Source of the DNA: Thermodesulfobacteriota bacterium
GTDB lineage: Bacteria > Desulfobacterota_D > UBA1144 > Nemesobacterales > JAJCZQ01
Assembly: GCA_965203965.1 (NCBI GenBank)
Contig: CBDBDR010000017.1
Location: 1,312,001-1,376,000 of the forward strand
Reading direction: 5' to 3'
Length of the DNA stretch: 64,000 bases
Of this stretch, positions 61,405 through 64,000 are shown piece after piece. Below the pieces are notes generated by a model. It searched no databases and was not told the origin of the DNA. It worked only from the letters and a program-made list of their open reading frames with translations. How positions within the stretch are numbered: the first letter of the stretch is position 1; every line of letters starts with the position of its first letter. A program made the translations under genes and the position numbers.

Positions 61405-61764
61405 ATGAAAGAAAGTGAACTTCAATTTTACAAGGCGATCCTTATCTCTAAACTTGCAGAACTGCTTGGAGTTGCTGAAGAGGCTTTAACAAGGCTCAGT
61501 AAGAGTGATATTTTGTTTCCTGACCCTCTTGACAGGGCACTTTCAGAGTCAAACAAATCCATAGAACTTAGAAAAAGGGACAGGGAGAGGAAGTTTATTC
61601 AAAAGATCCAGATCGCACTACAAAAAATAGAAAATGGCACTTATGGTATTTGTGAAAAATGTGGGGAATATATCACGGAAGAAAGGTTAAAAGCAAGACC
61701 AGAAGCCAATATGTGCATCATTTGCAAGGAAGAAGACGAGGAACTTGAGAACAAGTTTGGCTAA
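61405..61764 (+). CDS. dksA: RNA polymerase-binding protein DksA (four-Cys)
   Basis: DPLDRA and CEKC...RLKARP..MCIIC. Confidence 0.9.
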   Translation: MKESELQFYKAILISKLAELLGVAEEALTRLSKSDILFPDPLDRALSESNKSIELRKRDRERKFIQKIQIALQKIENGTYGICEKCGEYITEERLKARPEANMCIICKEEDEELENKFG

Positions 61765-61799
61765 TTTTGTTATTGTACTTTTTTTCTAATACCTTTTTA

Positions 61800-62492
61800 C
61801 TATTCTTTAGTTTTCATCATTTCATTTGCTGGGATTTTCTTTATAAGATCAGACGCTTTGTCGTAGTATTTTGTGTCTGAATATTCTTCCAGAACCGTGT
61901 TAAATCTTTTTAATGCGGCTTTGTGGTTTTTTTTCTTCATATAAAACTCGCCTATAAATATTTCTCTAGAGGCAAGTATTTTTCTGCATTCCGTTATCTT
62001 CTTTTCTGCATCAGGAACAAGTTCAGAATCAGGATATTTCTCTATAAATTTTTTAAATCCTGTAACTGCATTTCTGGTATGTGAAGGTTCCCTGTTCTTT
62101 GAGGAGCGTAAGTTATAGTTTGACAGCGCCAACTTGTATATAGCATACGGATATTCATCATGCCCGGGATGGTTTTTTATAAATTGTTCATATTCTATAA
62201 TAGCCTGCTGGTACTCACCCTGCCTGAAATAGGTATCGGCAGTCCTAATCTCGGCAAGTGAGGCAAAGGGACTGAATGTGTGCCTTAGTTGTATTTCTTT
62301 CAAGTATTCCAACACCAGATCGTATTCAGGACCGGTAAATATCCATGGGAATCCTCTTTTTTTACTATAAAGCTCGCTTGTGGCAGTTGCATAGAGTTCC
62401 TGATCTGTGGCACTTTGTATTTTGGTCCTTCTGGCACAGGAAGATAGAGCAATGACAATAAATAGGAAGAATAGAACGATGTTTTTGTTCAT
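61800..62492 (-). CDS. bamD: Outer membrane protein assembly factor BamD
   Basis: LSSC lipobox, TPR repeats, KYPDS and LASREIFIGEFY. Confidence 0.88.
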   Translation of the reverse strand: MNKNIVLFFLFIVIALSSCARRTKIQSATDQELYATATSELYSKKRGFPWIFTGPEYDLVLEYLKEIQLRHTFSPFASLAEIRTADTYFRQGEYQQAIIEYEQFIKNHPGHDEYPYAIYKLALSNYNLRSSKNREPSHTRNAVTGFKKFIEKYPDSELVPDAEKKITECRKILASREIFIGEFYMKKKNHKAALKRFNTVLEEYSDTKYYDKASDLIKKIPANEMMKTKE

Positions 62493-62603
62493 GACAGAAT
62501 ATTATTTATAAGTGATTATATGTGTCAAGAATGTTATAAATACAAGTTGGTAGAACTGAGGGAGATAAGTGAATTCCTCCAGTTTGTATTTATTCATTTT
62601 TTA

Positions 62604-63323
62604 TTACGTTAGTATTTCACCGGGTTTTAAGGCCAGTATTTCCAGTCCTTCAATATCTTGTGTCAATTCTATAAGTTGACTGGGTTTTCCTGAGAGTAAT
62701 GGGAAGGTGTCATAGTGCATTGGTATGACATACCTGGAATTCAAAAGCCTGGATGCGTGAGAAGCTTCAAATGGGGACATTGTGAAGACATCACCTATTG
62801 GGAGCATGGAGATGTCAGGTTTGTAAAGTTCTCCTATTAATCTCATATCTCCAAATAGGTTTGTATCTCCGGCATGATAGATAGTAAAGCCATTTTCCAA
62901 TTTAATTATAAAACCTCCCGGTTCTCCAGCGTAAATCAGCGATCCATCTTCAATTTCAATGCTGCTGCTGTGCTGTGCATGGGTCATTACAAACTTAATT
63001 CCCTTAAAAATCTGTGTCCCGCCTTTGTTTATTGGCAGGCATCTGCTTAGTTCTTTATCGGAAAGCCACTTGTTTATTTCAAAAGTGGAAATAATAAAAG
63101 GGTTGCATTCTCTGGCGATTTTCAGCAGGTCGCCAGTATGATCCTGATGTCCGTGTGTGACTAATATTACATCAATATCTCTAGGGTTTTTCAGTTCCTT
63201 CGGACATAGAGGATTGCCTTCTGTCCAGGGGTCTATCAGTATATTCACGCCGCTTTGTGATTTTATTAAAAATGTTGCATGACCAAAGTAGGTTATTTCT
63301 GTTCCATTGTTCAGTTTGTTCAT
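62604..63323 (-). CDS. UPF0173 metal-dependent hydrolase (beta-lactamase fold)
   Basis: GHATF, THGHQDH, YHAGDT and IPMHYDTFP. Confidence 0.9.
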   Translation of the reverse strand: MNKLNNGTEITYFGHATFLIKSQSGVNILIDPWTEGNPLCPKELKNPRDIDVILVTHGHQDHTGDLLKIARECNPFIISTFEINKWLSDKELSRCLPINKGGTQIFKGIKFVMTHAQHSSSIEIEDGSLIYAGEPGGFIIKLENGFTIYHAGDTNLFGDMRLIGELYKPDISMLPIGDVFTMSPFEASHASRLLNSRYVIPMHYDTFPLLSGKPSQLIELTQDIEGLEILALKPGEILT

Positions 63324-63445
63324 TTTGTCTCCTTAAATTGAATGGATTTTAGCTGATAATATTACTCAATTAGTTCAGGAATTGTTACACTATGTTAAAA
63401 TATCAAACTTATCTTTAGAAACTGCAAATCCGAGTTCATATCAAT

Positions 63446-64000
63446 ATGCTTGATCAAAAATACATAGAGGAAAACCAAGAGCTTGTCAAAGAAAAAATGA
63501 TTCAGAGAGGGATGTCTCTGAATTTTAAAAAATTAGAAAGCATAAAAGTTGAAAGAAAGAACATCATTGCCGAAGTTGAGAATCTAGAACATGAAAGAAA
63601 CGTTGGATCCAAGCAAGTTGGCATATTAAAACGAGAAAAGGAGGATGCAAGGGCTGATAAACTTTCGGAGCAACTCAGGTCTATATCATCAAGAATAAAA
63701 GAGTTAAATGTAAAAAGACAATGTATAGAGGAAGAGTATAGGGATTTTATTCTTCATATTCCAAATATGCCAAACAGTGAAGTTCCCGTGGGTGATAGTG
63801 AGGAAGATAACGTGGAAATACACAGTTTTGGTAAGATAAATGATTTTGATTTTGTTCCAAAAGACCACGTGGAAATCGGCTCGTTTCTGGATATTTTAGA
63901 TCTGCCCCGCGCCGCAAAAATTACAGGTTCACGATTTGCTTTATACAAGGGGCTTGGTGCGAGGCTGGAGAGAGCATTGATTAACTTTATGCTGGACGTT
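63446..64000 (+). CDS. serS: Serine--tRNA ligase, 3' truncated by window edge
   Basis: Manual translation MLDQKYIEEN...IPNMPNSEVPVG...AAKITGSRF..YKGLGARLERALINFMLD. Confidence 0.93.
   Translation, partial: MLDQKYIEENQELVKEKMIQRGMSLNFKKLESIKVERKNIIAEVENLEHERNVGSKQVGILKREKEDARADKLSEQLRSISSRIKELNVKRQCIEEEYRDFILHIPNMPNSEVPVGDSEEDNVEIHSFGKINDFDFVPKDHVEIGSFLDILDLPRAAKITGSRFALYKGLGARLERALINFMLDV

Noticed and set aside
290..63948. Numerous 60-190 aa ORFs antisense to or nested in recognised genes (e.g. 767-1063, 8674-9069, 47260-47676, 60404-60964)
   Set aside because: Shadow frames of well-supported genes with no recognisable motifs

Overview
AT-rich bacterial chromosome window made mostly of housekeeping genes (polA, dacB, rsmA, fbaB-pgk-gap, argC, mnmG, leuS, thrC, trmB-aroB-apt, panBCD, mtnA, prmA, bamD, partial serS, tRNA-Arg(CCG)). 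There are two accessory patches. (1) At 17.5-24.4 kb is a defence-like locus: an MTase-Mrr fusion converging on an ImmA/IrrE-DUF4411 pair. A 3,683-bp cargo-carrying IS1595-family element interrupts it (18988-22670), with perfect 23-bp TIRs and an 8-bp AAAATTAA target duplication. The element carries a lone type IV pilin gene behind a ~190-nt structured, switch-like RNA leader. It also carries two inverted paralogous 2-TM genes, a remnant of a second transposase, and an internal 18-bp inverted-repeat-bounded segment that appears to have been flipped. (2) At 31.9-36.1 kb is a DUF433/PIN toxin-antitoxin pair plus a single-chain type IIG/IIL restriction-modification gene, directly downstream of the tRNA. 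All product calls come from motif recognition by eye; no database searches were run.
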